In this document: positions 39,693-49,631 of the stretch, piece after piece
Layout of the letters: each line of letters opens with the position of its first letter
Numbering within the stretch: the stretch's first letter is position 1
NCBI GenBank assembly: GCA_938082545.1
Contig: CALKCL010000009.1
Location: 9,594-73,593, forward strand
Direction of reading: 5' to 3'
Length of the DNA stretch: 64,000 nucleotides
Origin: an uncultured Gammaproteobacteria bacterium
Lineage (GTDB): Bacteria > Pseudomonadota > Gammaproteobacteria > Ga0077536
Program-made: the position numbers and the translations under genes
The notes under the pieces: model-generated
Told to the model about the DNA's origin: nothing
Seen by the model: only the letters and a program-made list of their open reading frames with translations
The model's database searches: none

Positions 39693-40727
39693 TCAGATAT
39701 TGTGTGCAGAAGGATCTATCTGCGCTATTAGAGCTCCCTCGTTGGAACCAGAGAATAACGATTTGTATATTGAAGGGATGTTCTTAAACCCTTCACGTAC
39801 GTCTTCTCGAAAAACTATTTCCCCTTTTTCATCTTTGCTCTTTAGGTACTCTATGGCTGCGGGGAACTCATCCGTGTAGTTGCGGGTTAAAAAGCCTTGC
39901 ATGGTTATACTACCGTAGATCATACGCATCATATTCTTAGGGCCTTCCGCCGGCTGGTCGTTATCGTAGCTTGCGATTTGACCGCACAGAATTATTCTTC
40001 CGTGAGATGCCATGTTTTCAACAGCAGCTTGAAGTATTTCACCTCCTACATTGTCGAAGAAAACATCAATACCTTTAGGGCAGAGCATACCGAGTTCTTT
40101 TTCCACATTCTGTGATTTATAGTCAATAACTCCATCTAAGCCACAGCTCTCTTTAAGCCAGCTACATTTCTTAGAGCCCCCGGCAATTCCAATGACTTTA
40201 CAGCCGTGCAGTCTGGCTACTTGTGCGGCAATTGAACCAGTGGAGCCAGCCGCTGCAGATACGACTACGGTGTTGCCGGTTTCTGGTTTCCCAACCTTCA
40301 TCAAGCCAAAGTAGCCAGTTAGGCTATTTAGACCGTACCTCCCAAGTGCATGTATAGCACTGATGTCTTTCGGAATTTTACTAATGGGGACAGAGGATGT
40401 TGAAATCACTTCGTAATCTTGCCAAGTGGCACGGGTAGAAATTCTATCTCCAACGATATATTCGGGGGCTTTCGATGCAACTATTCTTGCCACAGACAAG
40501 GTCATTACTGGCTGGCCCAGAGGTATGGATGGGTACAAGCTGTTGTTGGGCCGATCCATCCAGTTTCTCATAGTGGGCGCGCATAAGAATGCTAAATTTT
40601 GAGTCAGGATTTCTCCAGGCGCAAGATCCGTTTCAGGTAGATTTTCTTCTTTATACTCAAAGCAATCCTCGGTTAGCTGTTTCTCAGGGTGTTTTGCGAG
40701 AAGCCATTGTCGATTAACCTTAGTCAT
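39693..40727 (-). CDS. NADP-dependent zinc-independent alkenal/enoyl reductase (prostaglandin reductase/CurA family)
   Basis: NRQWLLA, VVVSAAAGSTGS, GIAGG, DVFFDNVGG and CGQIASY. Confidence 0.88.
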   Translation of the reverse strand: MTKVNRQWLLAKHPEKQLTEDCFEYKEENLPETDLAPGEILTQNLAFLCAPTMRNWMDRPNNSLYPSIPLGQPVMTLSVARIVASKAPEYIVGDRISTRATWQDYEVISTSSVPISKIPKDISAIHALGRYGLNSLTGYFGLMKVGKPETGNTVVVSAAAGSTGSIAAQVARLHGCKVIGIAGGSKKCSWLKESCGLDGVIDYKSQNVEKELGMLCPKGIDVFFDNVGGEILQAAVENMASHGRIILCGQIASYDNDQPAEGPKNMMRMIYGSITMQGFLTRNYTDEFPAAIEYLKSKDEKGEIVFREDVREGFKNIPSIYKSLFSGSNEGALIAQIDPSAHNI

Positions 40728-40748
40728 AAAATATTCCTAGTTCATTAT

Positions 40749-41795
40749 TTATAGAGATAACAGCTCTTTTAGATGTGTGTCTATCTGCTCCAGGTAGGAG
40801 GGTTCGAATCCAAACAAGGCTAAATGACCGCCTAGACTTTTTATCGGCCTTAGCTCACTCCCGGCTATAAGTTCTTGTTCCCGCTTACAGTCTTCGATTT
40901 TAAAAAACATATCGGTATCGATTGGCATTACAAATGTCTTCGCTTTTATACGAGAAAGGGCTGTAGCAAGGTTTCCGTCGGTCAGCCGACTAACATCGCC
41001 TCGTTGCCATTTCCAGGCCATGCACAATAAATTATTGGGGTCCATTTGAGTGAAAAGAGCTTCCATGAAGTCCGTTTGAAAGGTTTCTGCAGAGGAGAAC
41101 CCGAGTGTCTTCCAGCATTCTTGTGCAAAGAACTCAGTACAAAATCCCATTACAGACCATATCTTGGCATGTCTTTTAAGACCTTCTTTAACCTCGTGAT
41201 GGTGAGAATACTCGCCATTTGCCCATCCACTATCGGATGTAATAGCCTCAATAAGAGTTTGAGCATACAAATAATCGTGATCGGTGTTTTTGGCATATCC
41301 TGCTATAGGAGCCGCGCGTTTAACCATATCGGGATACCGCACTGCCCATTCATAAGTCTGCTGGGCCCCCATTGAGCCTCCAACCACTAGGGCGAGTTCT
41401 TGTATGTCCAGATGTTCGGTGATTAAGATGTGCTGAGCTCTTACATCGTCCCCAATACGAATCTTTGGAAAGGCGCTCATAGAGAAAGGCACGCTCATGT
41501 TGTGTGGAGAACTCGATATGCCGCTGCCTATTTGATTGACTACAATAATACAGTATTTCGATGGATCTAACGCTCGGCCTTCTCCTATGAAAACGGTCTC
41601 CATTATTTTACTCGTGCCTGAGTACCAGGTTGGAACTAATATAGCGTTATCTTTTTTCAGGTTAAGTGACCCATGAATGGCGTAAGCTATATTTAGTCCA
41701 GGAAGTATTATCCCTTCCTCCAACTCAAATGGCCCTAAGTTTACAGTTTTGAATGGGCCGTGATCTGCCTCTGAATAATATGAATTTTGCACCAT
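40749..41795 (-). CDS. Homoserine O-acetyltransferase-like alpha/beta hydrolase (MekB/AcmB-like esterase)
   Basis: DNAILVPTWYSG, GGSMGAQQ, DTDMFF and GGHLA. It has TWYSG in place of the HALTG motif of true MetX. Likely start 41795. Confidence 0.75.
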   Translation of the reverse strand: MVQNSYYSEADHGPFKTVNLGPFELEEGIILPGLNIAYAIHGSLNLKKDNAILVPTWYSGTSKIMETVFIGEGRALDPSKYCIIVVNQIGSGISSSPHNMSVPFSMSAFPKIRIGDDVRAQHILITEHLDIQELALVVGGSMGAQQTYEWAVRYPDMVKRAAPIAGYAKNTDHDYLYAQTLIEAITSDSGWANGEYSHHHEVKEGLKRHAKIWSVMGFCTEFFAQECWKTLGFSSAETFQTDFMEALFTQMDPNNLLCMAWKWQRGDVSRLTDGNLATALSRIKAKTFVMPIDTDMFFKIEDCKREQELIAGSELRPIKSLGGHLALFGFEPSYLEQIDTHLKELLSL

Positions 41796-41815
41796 GATCT
41801 TTACTCTAGCTATTG

Positions 41816-42571
41816 TTAATAAATGCCTTTGTGCTGGACACCATCTACGACAAGTGTGGCGCCAGATGCCCACTGAGCGCGCGGCGAGGCCATGAAGGTT
41901 ATTACATCAGCAATTTCTTCTGGAGTTCCCATTCTTCCAAAAGGGATACTAGCTACGATGGAGTCAAACATGTCTTTATCATTTTCTAGTACTACATCCC
42001 AAAAGCCATCTTTAAAATATATCGAGCCAGGTGCCACGCAATTTACGCGTATATTCTTGCTCGCCACAAGATTGGCAGTCGTCTTCGTGTAATTAAGGAG
42101 GGCAGCTTTGACGGCAGCATATGCAGGAGGAGAACCGCTTTCTAGACCTGAGATAGAAGAGACATGGATGATACTTCCACCTCCAGATTCTTCCATCCAC
42201 GGGATGACCTGCTGTGTCGCACGGACCGTTGCCATTAGATCTATATCAATACTTACCTTCCATCCTGCTTCGTCGTCTGTCATGCCGAAACCTGAGGTAT
42301 TATTTATTAGGATATCTACGCTTCCGAGGCTTTCTCTCGATTCGTTTAAGAACGCTGTTAACTCTTCAGGGTTCGCAACATCAGTCGATCGAGAGAAGAC
42401 GTTGATGCCTAATGCTGCCAGCTCAGATGAGGTGGCTTGCAAGGGATCTTTACCACGGGCACATATGGCAACGTTGGCGCCTTCACTTGCCATGGCTAGA
42501 GCTGTCGCTCGCCCTATCCCTTTGCTTCCTCCAGTGATAACTACATTTTTCTCTTTTAGCTTTAAATCCAT
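41816..42571 (-). CDS. Short-chain dehydrogenase/reductase
   Basis: TGGSKGIG, SSISG, YAAVK and RVNCVAPG. Start MDLKLK at 42571. Confidence 0.88.
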   Translation of the reverse strand: MDLKLKEKNVVITGGSKGIGRATALAMASEGANVAICARGKDPLQATSSELAALGINVFSRSTDVANPEELTAFLNESRESLGSVDILINNTSGFGMTDDEAGWKVSIDIDLMATVRATQQVIPWMEESGGGSIIHVSSISGLESGSPPAYAAVKAALLNYTKTTANLVASKNIRVNCVAPGSIYFKDGFWDVVLENDKDMFDSIVASIPFGRMGTPEEIADVITFMASPRAQWASGATLVVDGVQHKGIY

Positions 42572-42781
42572 TCTTGTATGCCCCTTTTTTTGTGTCTCAA
42601 ATATAGTCCTATCTCTATCAGATCTTTTGTAGCGGTGGGTATTTAATGACTTTGATTTTGAAAACAGTATAGCGATTAATAGCCTAGCAACGCTATTATC
42701 TAAAAGATCTAGAGGATACACTGTATTTCACTGCTGACTTGACTGGCAGGTTGAAGTCGAGATGGCGCAGTTATTACTTAG

Positions 42782-43744
42782 GTGGGTCTCATGGTTATTA
42801 TAAATATATTGTTACTGATTACGGGCTTGCTATGGGTCAGCTACCTCGCATTCCCGAGTCGCTTTTATGACGGAGTTATCCTCTTGACCAGGATGTCTGC
42901 TGGATTGAAACTGAAGGAGGCGAAAGTAGACGGGCATAGCATGCCGTACCTCGAAGGAGGTAAGGGGCCACCACTCATTCTTTTGCATGGCTTTGGAGCG
43001 AATAAAGATCATTGGCTTAAGGTGGCGCCTCAACTGGCCAAGCATTTCCATTTGTATCTTCCAGATCTAGCGGGCTTTGGTGATGCTAGTCGCCACGCTA
43101 GCAGCTCTTACGGTGTGGCGTCTCAAGTTAAGCGATTGCAGATTTTTTTGGAGCAAATCGGTGAAACGAGAGTCGATGTCGGAGGCAACTCTATGGGTGG
43201 TTATCTGGCAATCATGCTGGCACATAAAATACCGGCCCAAGTAAACAGTTTATGGCTGCTTGCTCCTGCTGGTATTGCTAACGCTGAGCCAAGTGATATG
43301 TTCCCTTCGACATCCCCATTCGAGCTTTCTAAGGCAGAGAACCCCTTAGTGATCGAGACATCTGAAGACTTTGATGCACTAGCCGGGTATTGTTTTCATA
43401 AGATCCCGATGATGCCTAAAAAATTCCGAGATGTGTTGTTGGAACGGGCGATTCGTGACTCAGAATTCAATCATAAAATCTTCACTGAGTTAAACTCTGA
43501 CCGAATAACTATTGAAGACACGATAGCAGAGTTATCTATGCCGGCATTAGTCGTTTGGGGTGATCGCGACAGGGTGCTTCACTATTCAGGAATGGACACA
43601 TTAAAGACAAAGTTGGTAAATGGGACTTTTGTTCTTATGTCTGATATCGGCCATTTACCTATGATCGAGGCATCAAGTGCATCAGCGATTGAATATCTCT
43701 CGTTCAGACAAACAAAAAATGAATGGTCGGATTGGAGTATTTGA
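42782..43744 (+). CDS. Membrane-anchored alpha/beta hydrolase (lipase/ABHD6-like)
   Basis: N-terminal TM segment, LHGFG, GNSMGG, WGDRD and GHLPM. Confidence 0.85.
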   Translation: MGLMVIINILLLITGLLWVSYLAFPSRFYDGVILLTRMSAGLKLKEAKVDGHSMPYLEGGKGPPLILLHGFGANKDHWLKVAPQLAKHFHLYLPDLAGFGDASRHASSSYGVASQVKRLQIFLEQIGETRVDVGGNSMGGYLAIMLAHKIPAQVNSLWLLAPAGIANAEPSDMFPSTSPFELSKAENPLVIETSEDFDALAGYCFHKIPMMPKKFRDVLLERAIRDSEFNHKIFTELNSDRITIEDTIAELSMPALVVWGDRDRVLHYSGMDTLKTKLVNGTFVLMSDIGHLPMIEASSASAIEYLSFRQTKNEWSDWSI

Positions 43745-43751
43745 GCCTAGA

Positions 43752-44618
43752 TCAAGTGTACTCAAAATGAAATGCATCTTTGCTTGTGATGATGCGCCCC
43801 GTAGAAGGCTGTGGGAAATGGCAAGTTAATACTTGAGTACTGCAGTCACTGTACTTCTTTAAAAAGCCAAGTCGCGTTTTAGCGGCAAGCTCTTTGTCTG
43901 AGTCAAACTTAAAGTTCCATGCTGGAAATTGACATTGTATGGGACTGTGTATTAAATCGCCCGTCACAACTGCATTGTGTCCGCGATTAGAAAGATGGAT
44001 AGCGCAGTGACCCGGCGTATGCCCTGGCGTCGGCTCTAGACGCACCGCCTCATCAATCTCGTAATCGTCGTCAACCAGCATGGCTTGCCCCGCCTCTATA
44101 ATCGGAAGAACATTTTCATTGAATGTGGGGTCGCCATACTTTACGCTCAGCATTTCAGCATTTTTACATTCGGTACGCGATAAAATATATTTTGCATTTT
44201 TGAAGGTTGGAACCCAGCGTTCATCCACAAGTTGTGTGTTCCAACCACTATGGTCAACATGTAGATGGGTACAAAGAACGACATCTATCTGATCCGGATG
44301 TAGACCGAGCTTCTTAAAGCTATCAAAGTACTGAGTGTCGTTTTTATTATGCCAAGCGGGATACCAATCAACAGTTTTATGATTCCCTACACAACTATCG
44401 ATGAGGATAGTACTGGTGGGTGTCTTTACAATATAACTTTGGATAGGCATGTTGAGCATATGCGTACCCGAAGTTAACGCGTTGGGAGTCAGCCAAGAAC
44501 GATGAGGTTCTATTGCTTCCATGGTAGCGTCAGGGAAGAAGTCAAATACAGACATAAAAGGACCGTCTGACTCGACAATACGGCCGACTTCTATATTCCC
44601 GATAGCGATCCACTTCAT
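43752..44618 (-). CDS. MBL-fold metallo-hydrolase (lactonase-like)
   Basis: THLHVDHSGWN, PGHTPGH and GDLIH. Confidence 0.87.
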   Translation of the reverse strand: MKWIAIGNIEVGRIVESDGPFMSVFDFFPDATMEAIEPHRSWLTPNALTSGTHMLNMPIQSYIVKTPTSTILIDSCVGNHKTVDWYPAWHNKNDTQYFDSFKKLGLHPDQIDVVLCTHLHVDHSGWNTQLVDERWVPTFKNAKYILSRTECKNAEMLSVKYGDPTFNENVLPIIEAGQAMLVDDDYEIDEAVRLEPTPGHTPGHCAIHLSNRGHNAVVTGDLIHSPIQCQFPAWNFKFDSDKELAAKTRLGFLKKYSDCSTQVLTCHFPQPSTGRIITSKDAFHFEYT

Positions 44619-44651
44619 TCAAGTCTCCCAAATTTCATTGCGTTTAACTGG

Positions 44652-45488
44652 TCAAGTTAATGGCAGAGACCAAACACCTTCATTTTCAATAATTTTATCT
44701 TCAGCTTTTAATTTAATAAGGTGGGCATCGAGCGATAGCGCCGCCCATCGATGCAGTGATGCATCAACGTCATCATAGACTATTGGCACCAGCTCTTCTA
44801 AGCGACATTCACGGTTTTTTTCTATTGCCAGGAGGACTTTTTTCTCTCTACCAAGCCTATGTTTGATCAGGCGTTTAATTTCTTTATGAGGGTCCGCTAT
44901 TAGAGTACCGTGCCCCGGTGCTATAAAATCAAGTGGATATGCTAGCATGCACCGCAAAGACTCGATATAGTGAGACATATTCCCAGCGGGAGGAATAATG
45001 ACCACGGTAGAGCCTTGCATCATATGATCTCCTGTTATAAGGATTTTATCTTCTTCAACAAGATAGCAAACGTGGTTGCTCACGTGCCCTGGTGTTAGTA
45101 GAGCTCTGATAGTAAAGTCTTTTGAATTAATACAATCGTCTTGCTTTACTGAAGTTGCACCAGTAAACGTTTCATCCTGAAATCCATCGTTAGCAATCAC
45201 ATTGCCAATTAGCGATGCGCCTGTCGCTTCAGCAATAGGTCGCGCTGCAGGGGAGTGATCGCGATGGGTATGTGTTACTAGAATCCATTTAAGCCTCCCT
45301 GCAGCGTGTTCTACAATTGCGTCTATATGACTTGCGATTGCTGGCCCGGGGTCAATTAAGGCTAATTCTTCTGTTCCGACAATGTACGAGTTTGTTCCAA
45401 GCCCTGTCATCGGTCCGGAATTAGGAGCGGTGACCCTGTGAATCAATGGGGACAATTTTACTGCCTTTCCGTGGATGATTTCTACCAT
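44652..45488 (-). CDS. MBL-fold hydrolase (LACTB2-like)
   Basis: APNSGPMTGLGTNSY, THTHRDH, TPGH, GDH, PGHG and HRLGRE. Confidence 0.87.
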   Translation of the reverse strand: MVEIIHGKAVKLSPLIHRVTAPNSGPMTGLGTNSYIVGTEELALIDPGPAIASHIDAIVEHAAGRLKWILVTHTHRDHSPAARPIAEATGASLIGNVIANDGFQDETFTGATSVKQDDCINSKDFTIRALLTPGHVSNHVCYLVEEDKILITGDHMMQGSTVVIIPPAGNMSHYIESLRCMLAYPLDFIAPGHGTLIADPHKEIKRLIKHRLGREKKVLLAIEKNRECRLEELVPIVYDDVDASLHRWAALSLDAHLIKLKAEDKIIENEGVWSLPLT

Positions 45489-45611
45489 ATTTCACCTCTT
45501 TAGATGTACTCTTTTTCTTAAAATGAGAATTCGTGCATCAGATTTATGGCGCGAAACCTTCTTAAAGTTCGCGAAATTCATAGCCAACGTTTTTTTTGGC
45601 TTATGTTGATG

Positions 45612-45628
45612 ATATTGTTTTACAATAT
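45612..45628. promoter_or_regulatory. Palindromic operator-like site in a divergent promoter region
   Basis: ATATTGT-TTT-ACAATAT perfect 7 bp arms. The region is AT-rich, so this could be chance. Confidence 0.35.
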
Positions 45629-45674
45629 AGTTCATTATTGATTTTTCACAAAGCAAAACTATAGGGGTAATGTT

Positions 45675-46106
45675 ATGAGCGCAGTTCTGAATGACGGCGG
45701 GGAAATAAAAATATCTGCAGGGATGGCCAGTCAAAAATCATGGTTCGAATTAGATGAGAATTTTTCAGTAAAAGTTCTATCTATAGATGAAGCTAAGCAT
45801 AGCGTTGAGGCTCTTTTTAAAATAAAAGGAGGCTATCGTTCAGGGAAACATAAACATACTTGTGAAACGCATATTTATATCGTTGAAGGAAAGGTTTGCA
45901 ACCACGCTATTGGTTGTACGTTTGGTCCTGGAGATTACTGCTTCCAAGCGGATAATGATATTCATGATGAAGAGTTCATGGAGGATACAGTTGCCTATGT
46001 CAGTTACCGCGGGAATAGCGAGCAGTTAGTGGAGTTTTATGATGACGATGAGAAAGTCTGTGGGCATTTTTCGGTAAAAGATTTTTTGCCTGCATTAAAT
46101 GCGTAA
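45675..46106 (+). CDS. Cupin-fold protein (ChrR-like/dioxygenase-type cupin)
   Basis: HKHTCETH...FGPGDY...IH metal-binding cupin motifs. Confidence 0.7.
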   Translation: MSAVLNDGGEIKISAGMASQKSWFELDENFSVKVLSIDEAKHSVEALFKIKGGYRSGKHKHTCETHIYIVEGKVCNHAIGCTFGPGDYCFQADNDIHDEEFMEDTVAYVSYRGNSEQLVEFYDDDEKVCGHFSVKDFLPALNA

Positions 46107-46135
46107 GAAAATCAGATTCTACTGTGCTTGTTATT

Positions 46136-46170
46136 GAGGTCGCACAAGCTGAAATCGCGCGACCTTTTTT
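46136..46170 (+). terminator. Putative Rho-independent terminator
   Basis: AGGTCGC...GCGACCT stem followed by a T run. The loop is long (15 nt). Confidence 0.45.
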
Positions 46171-46197
46171 CACTGGCTGACGGTTTGGAGTTTTTCA

Positions 46198-47049
46198 ATG
46201 ACTTGTATGATTCTTGATGGGAAAGCTGTTTCTATTGCAGCAGAAGAAACCTTCAAACAACGGGCTCTAGTGTTAGAGAAACTGTCGGGGGGCAAGAAGC
46301 CTATTTTGGCAACGATACTTGTAGGTGCTGATCCTGCATCTGCAACCTACGTGCGGATGAAGGGAGAAGCTTGTAAGAGAGTTGGCATTGAGCCTTTAAA
46401 GATTGAGCTAGCGGAATCGACAACAACCTCTGAATTAATGTCAAAAATAAAAGAACTTAACGACAACACAAATGTACATGGGATCCTCTTACAACACCCC
46501 GTTCCCGGGCAGATTGATGAGAGGCTTTGCTTTGATTCCATTGACACGAGCAAAGACGTTGATGGAGTTACTACTCATGGCTTTGGCCGTATGGCGATGA
46601 AAGAAAAAGCTTATGGTTCCGCAACCCCTGCAGGAATTATGAGGTTGCTGTCTCACTACAAGCTAGATATTGCTGGGAAGCTTGCAGTAGTTGTAGGTAG
46701 AAGCCCGATTCTTGGCAAACCAATGGCGATGATGCTGCTTAACTCCGATGCGACAGTGATCATGTGTCATTCAAAAACTCAGGACTTAGCCGCTTTGATT
46801 GGCCAAGCTGAAATTCTAGTGGGAGCCGTGGGTCGCCCGCATTTTATACAAAGTGACTGGATTAAAGATGATGCTGTAGTAGTGGACGCAGGATACCACC
46901 CAGGTGGAATTGGTGATGTTTGTTTAGACGGGATAGAGCATAGGGTGAAGGCTTACACTCCTGTCCCTGGTGGCGTGGGGCCGATGACTATTAACACGCT
47001 CATCATGCAAGCGATAGAAGCGGCTGAAAAAAAAGCAGGTATTAATTGA
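46198..47049 (+). CDS. folD: Methylenetetrahydrofolate dehydrogenase/cyclohydrolase
   Basis: [29 protein letters not shown] and [11 protein letters not shown]. Confidence 0.96.
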   Translation: MTCMILDGKAVSIAAEETFKQRALVLEKLSGGKKPILATILVGADPASATYVRMKGEACKRVGIEPLKIELAESTTTSELMSKIKELNDNTNVHGILLQHPVPGQIDERLCFDSIDTSKDVDGVTTHGFGRMAMKEKAYGSATPAGIMRLLSHYKLDIAGKLAVVVGRSPILGKPMAMMLLNSDATVIMCHSKTQDLAALIGQAEILVGAVGRPHFIQSDWIKDDAVVVDAGYHPGGIGDVCLDGIEHRVKAYTPVPGGVGPMTINTLIMQAIEAAEKKAGIN

Positions 47050-47133
47050 GGCGAAGAGAAAAAGTCTCACGACTATTGTAGTTTCTTGGAGAATTCAAAT
47101 GGAGAGTAAAGCTGATTTTGGAACCAGAAAATT

Positions 47134-48354
47134 ATGAGTGCCGGTGAAGAGCATCTTTTGTCAGGTATACGGGTATTAGATTTCACGCGCGCGCTAGCCG
47201 GACCAACTTGTACCCGAATGTTTGCAGAACTAGGCGCTGAGGTTATAAAGATTGAAGCGGCACCGCTCGGAGATTTAACAAGAAAGATTTCTAAATTGCG
47301 TGCAGATAGAAGTTTTTATCATATCCAACATAATCTGAATAAAAAAAGTGTTTGTATCAACTTGCGTGATCCTAAAGGTATGGCATTAGTCAGAGAATTG
47401 GTTCCAAAATGTGATGTTGTCGTAGAAAACTTCAGGCCAGGAGTGATGGCCGATATGGGCCTTGATTATGATTCTTTAAAGCAAATGAAGAGTGACATCA
47501 TCCTTTGCTCTATTTCAGCATTAGGACAAGAAGGTCCTTTATCTAAGAAGCCTGGTTATGATTACATCGCCCAAGCGTATTCTGGAGTGACTAGCATGAT
47601 TGGACACCCCGACGAGTCCCCATGCATCCCTTTGGTTGGAATAGGCGATGTGAGTACAGGGGTCCATGGGGCTTTTGGTATAGCAGCAGCATTACTCCAT
47701 CGCGCTCGTACTGGGCGAGGACAACATCTCGACATTTCTTTATTGGACTGTTACTACCACAACCACGAGGTTAACGTGCATCAACACTCAGGAAGTGGAG
47801 GGAAGATTATGCCTACGCGTGGAGGGCGGCATGTTTCATATTTGTGCCCTGCTGGTGTGTACCGGGGGAATGGGGGCGATATAATGTTGATGGCTTTTAT
47901 GCATCATTGGGCAGATTTGTGTGCGGCGATGGATAAAAATGAACTACTGGAGAAAGAAGGCTGGCTAACCGATGCGGAACGGGTAGAGCGTCAGGATGAA
48001 GTTATTGAGGTCATAGAAAAATGGTTAAAAACTTTTCCAGATGTTGCCGGTGCAATTAAAAAGTTAGAAGAATATGATGTTCCATGTGCCCCTGTTTTGA
48101 CTGTGGCCGAAACGATTGATCATCCTCATTTGGTAGAAAGAGGTACTGTGCGATCAGTAGTTGATCCTATTGCAGGGGAGTTCAAAATACCTGGTATGCC
48201 GATTAAAACTTCAGCGTATGAAGCTAATCAAGATTATAGGGCTCCTTGTCTTGGCGAACATAATGCTGATATTTTAAGTTCTTTACTGTCGAAAACTCCT
48301 GAGGAGATTGTTGAAATGGTTGAAGCGGGTATACTTCAATCCGGAGCTACATAA
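47134..48354 (+). CDS. Class III CoA-transferase (CaiB/BaiF family)
   Basis: LSGIRVLDF, GAEVIKIE, NKKSV, ENFRPG and GYDYIAQAYSG. Confidence 0.9.
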   Translation: MSAGEEHLLSGIRVLDFTRALAGPTCTRMFAELGAEVIKIEAAPLGDLTRKISKLRADRSFYHIQHNLNKKSVCINLRDPKGMALVRELVPKCDVVVENFRPGVMADMGLDYDSLKQMKSDIILCSISALGQEGPLSKKPGYDYIAQAYSGVTSMIGHPDESPCIPLVGIGDVSTGVHGAFGIAAALLHRARTGRGQHLDISLLDCYYHNHEVNVHQHSGSGGKIMPTRGGRHVSYLCPAGVYRGNGGDIMLMAFMHHWADLCAAMDKNELLEKEGWLTDAERVERQDEVIEVIEKWLKTFPDVAGAIKKLEEYDVPCAPVLTVAETIDHPHLVERGTVRSVVDPIAGEFKIPGMPIKTSAYEANQDYRAPCLGEHNADILSSLLSKTPEEIVEMVEAGILQSGAT

Positions 48355-48422
48355 TTTTCTCGCGGAGGTAATTCGCGATCTGCTAATAGTATTCTTTAAA
48401 TAAAAATATTAGAGGACTGTGT

Positions 48423-49595
48423 GTGACGGATAGCCTTTTGTTGAATGAAGAACGTCAAATGATTAGAGATACAGCCAGAGATTTCACTTTGAAAGAAGTA
48501 TTGCCTGTGGCAAATAGACTCGATCCAGAGCAGGGCGAGATCCCACTTGAACTCAGGCAAAAACTAGCAGACATGGGCTACTTTGGCATTCGATTGCCTG
48601 AGAAGTATGGCGGGAGTGGTTTGGGTTGCTTCGAATATTGTCTTATAACTGAGCAACTGGCTCGGGGTTGGATGAGTGTGTCGAGCATCATAGCGCGTGG
48701 TAATGGTACTTTGACGATGGATCTTTTATCAGATGAGCAAAAGAATAGACTTATGCCCAAAGTGGTAGCTGGGGAATATCTAGGCGCGATGTCATTGTCA
48801 GAGCCCGACACCGGTTCTGATTTGGCATCTATCTCATGTCGAGCTGAGAAGACTATCGATGGATGGGAAATCACCGGAAATAAATACTGGTGCACATTTG
48901 CAGATGGCGCTGATTACATTTTGTTATTTGCACGCACCGGTGTTGACAAATCTGCGGAGAAGCCACACCTAGGGATCAGTGCTTTTTTGATTGAGAAACC
49001 TCGAGGAAAGCTTCCTTTGGGAGTCAGTGGGTCGACCATTCCCAAAATAGGCTATTTTGGTTGGAATACATGGGAACTTGCTTTTGATCACGTTAGATTG
49101 CCTCACGACGCCTTAATTGGCGAGGAAGGCAAGGCTTTTTATGCCCTAGCGAAAGGTCTTGATGAAGCTCGTGCACATACAGCTGCACGGTCGATCGGTT
49201 TGGCGCAAGGTGGACTGGAAGATGCCCTTGCATATGCGCAAGAGAGGAAGCAATTTGGCAAACCAATTGCAGCTTTCCAGGATCTAAGATTTAAGTTGGC
49301 TCGCATGGCAACTGATATAGAGGCGGCAAGACAATTACTCTATTACGTGTGCTCTTGTATAGATACAGGGCAAAGATGCGATAAAGAAGCATCAATGGTT
49401 AAGTATTTTGCAAGTGAGATGGCTGAAAGAGTGACAAGCGACGCGCTGCAAATACTTGGAGGCGCTGGTTATACAAAATTGTGTGCCGTCGAAAGACATT
49501 GGCGAGATGCAAGATTAACAAAGATCTTCGAAGGTACTTCCGAGATACAGCTAAGGATTATCTCTGATGCTCTTTTGGGCAAAGAAGGACGATAG
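48423..49595 (+). CDS. Acyl-CoA dehydrogenase
   Basis: LSEPDTGSDL, GNKYW, RKQFGKPI, GGAGY and IFEGTSEIQ. Confidence 0.92.
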   Translation: MTDSLLLNEERQMIRDTARDFTLKEVLPVANRLDPEQGEIPLELRQKLADMGYFGIRLPEKYGGSGLGCFEYCLITEQLARGWMSVSSIIARGNGTLTMDLLSDEQKNRLMPKVVAGEYLGAMSLSEPDTGSDLASISCRAEKTIDGWEITGNKYWCTFADGADYILLFARTGVDKSAEKPHLGISAFLIEKPRGKLPLGVSGSTIPKIGYFGWNTWELAFDHVRLPHDALIGEEGKAFYALAKGLDEARAHTAARSIGLAQGGLEDALAYAQERKQFGKPIAAFQDLRFKLARMATDIEAARQLLYYVCSCIDTGQRCDKEASMVKYFASEMAERVTSDALQILGGAGYTKLCAVERHWRDARLTKIFEGTSEIQLRIISDALLGKEGR

Positions 49596-49631
49596 TGCAG
49601 TACATACACAAGAATAAGGTCTAACAATTAT

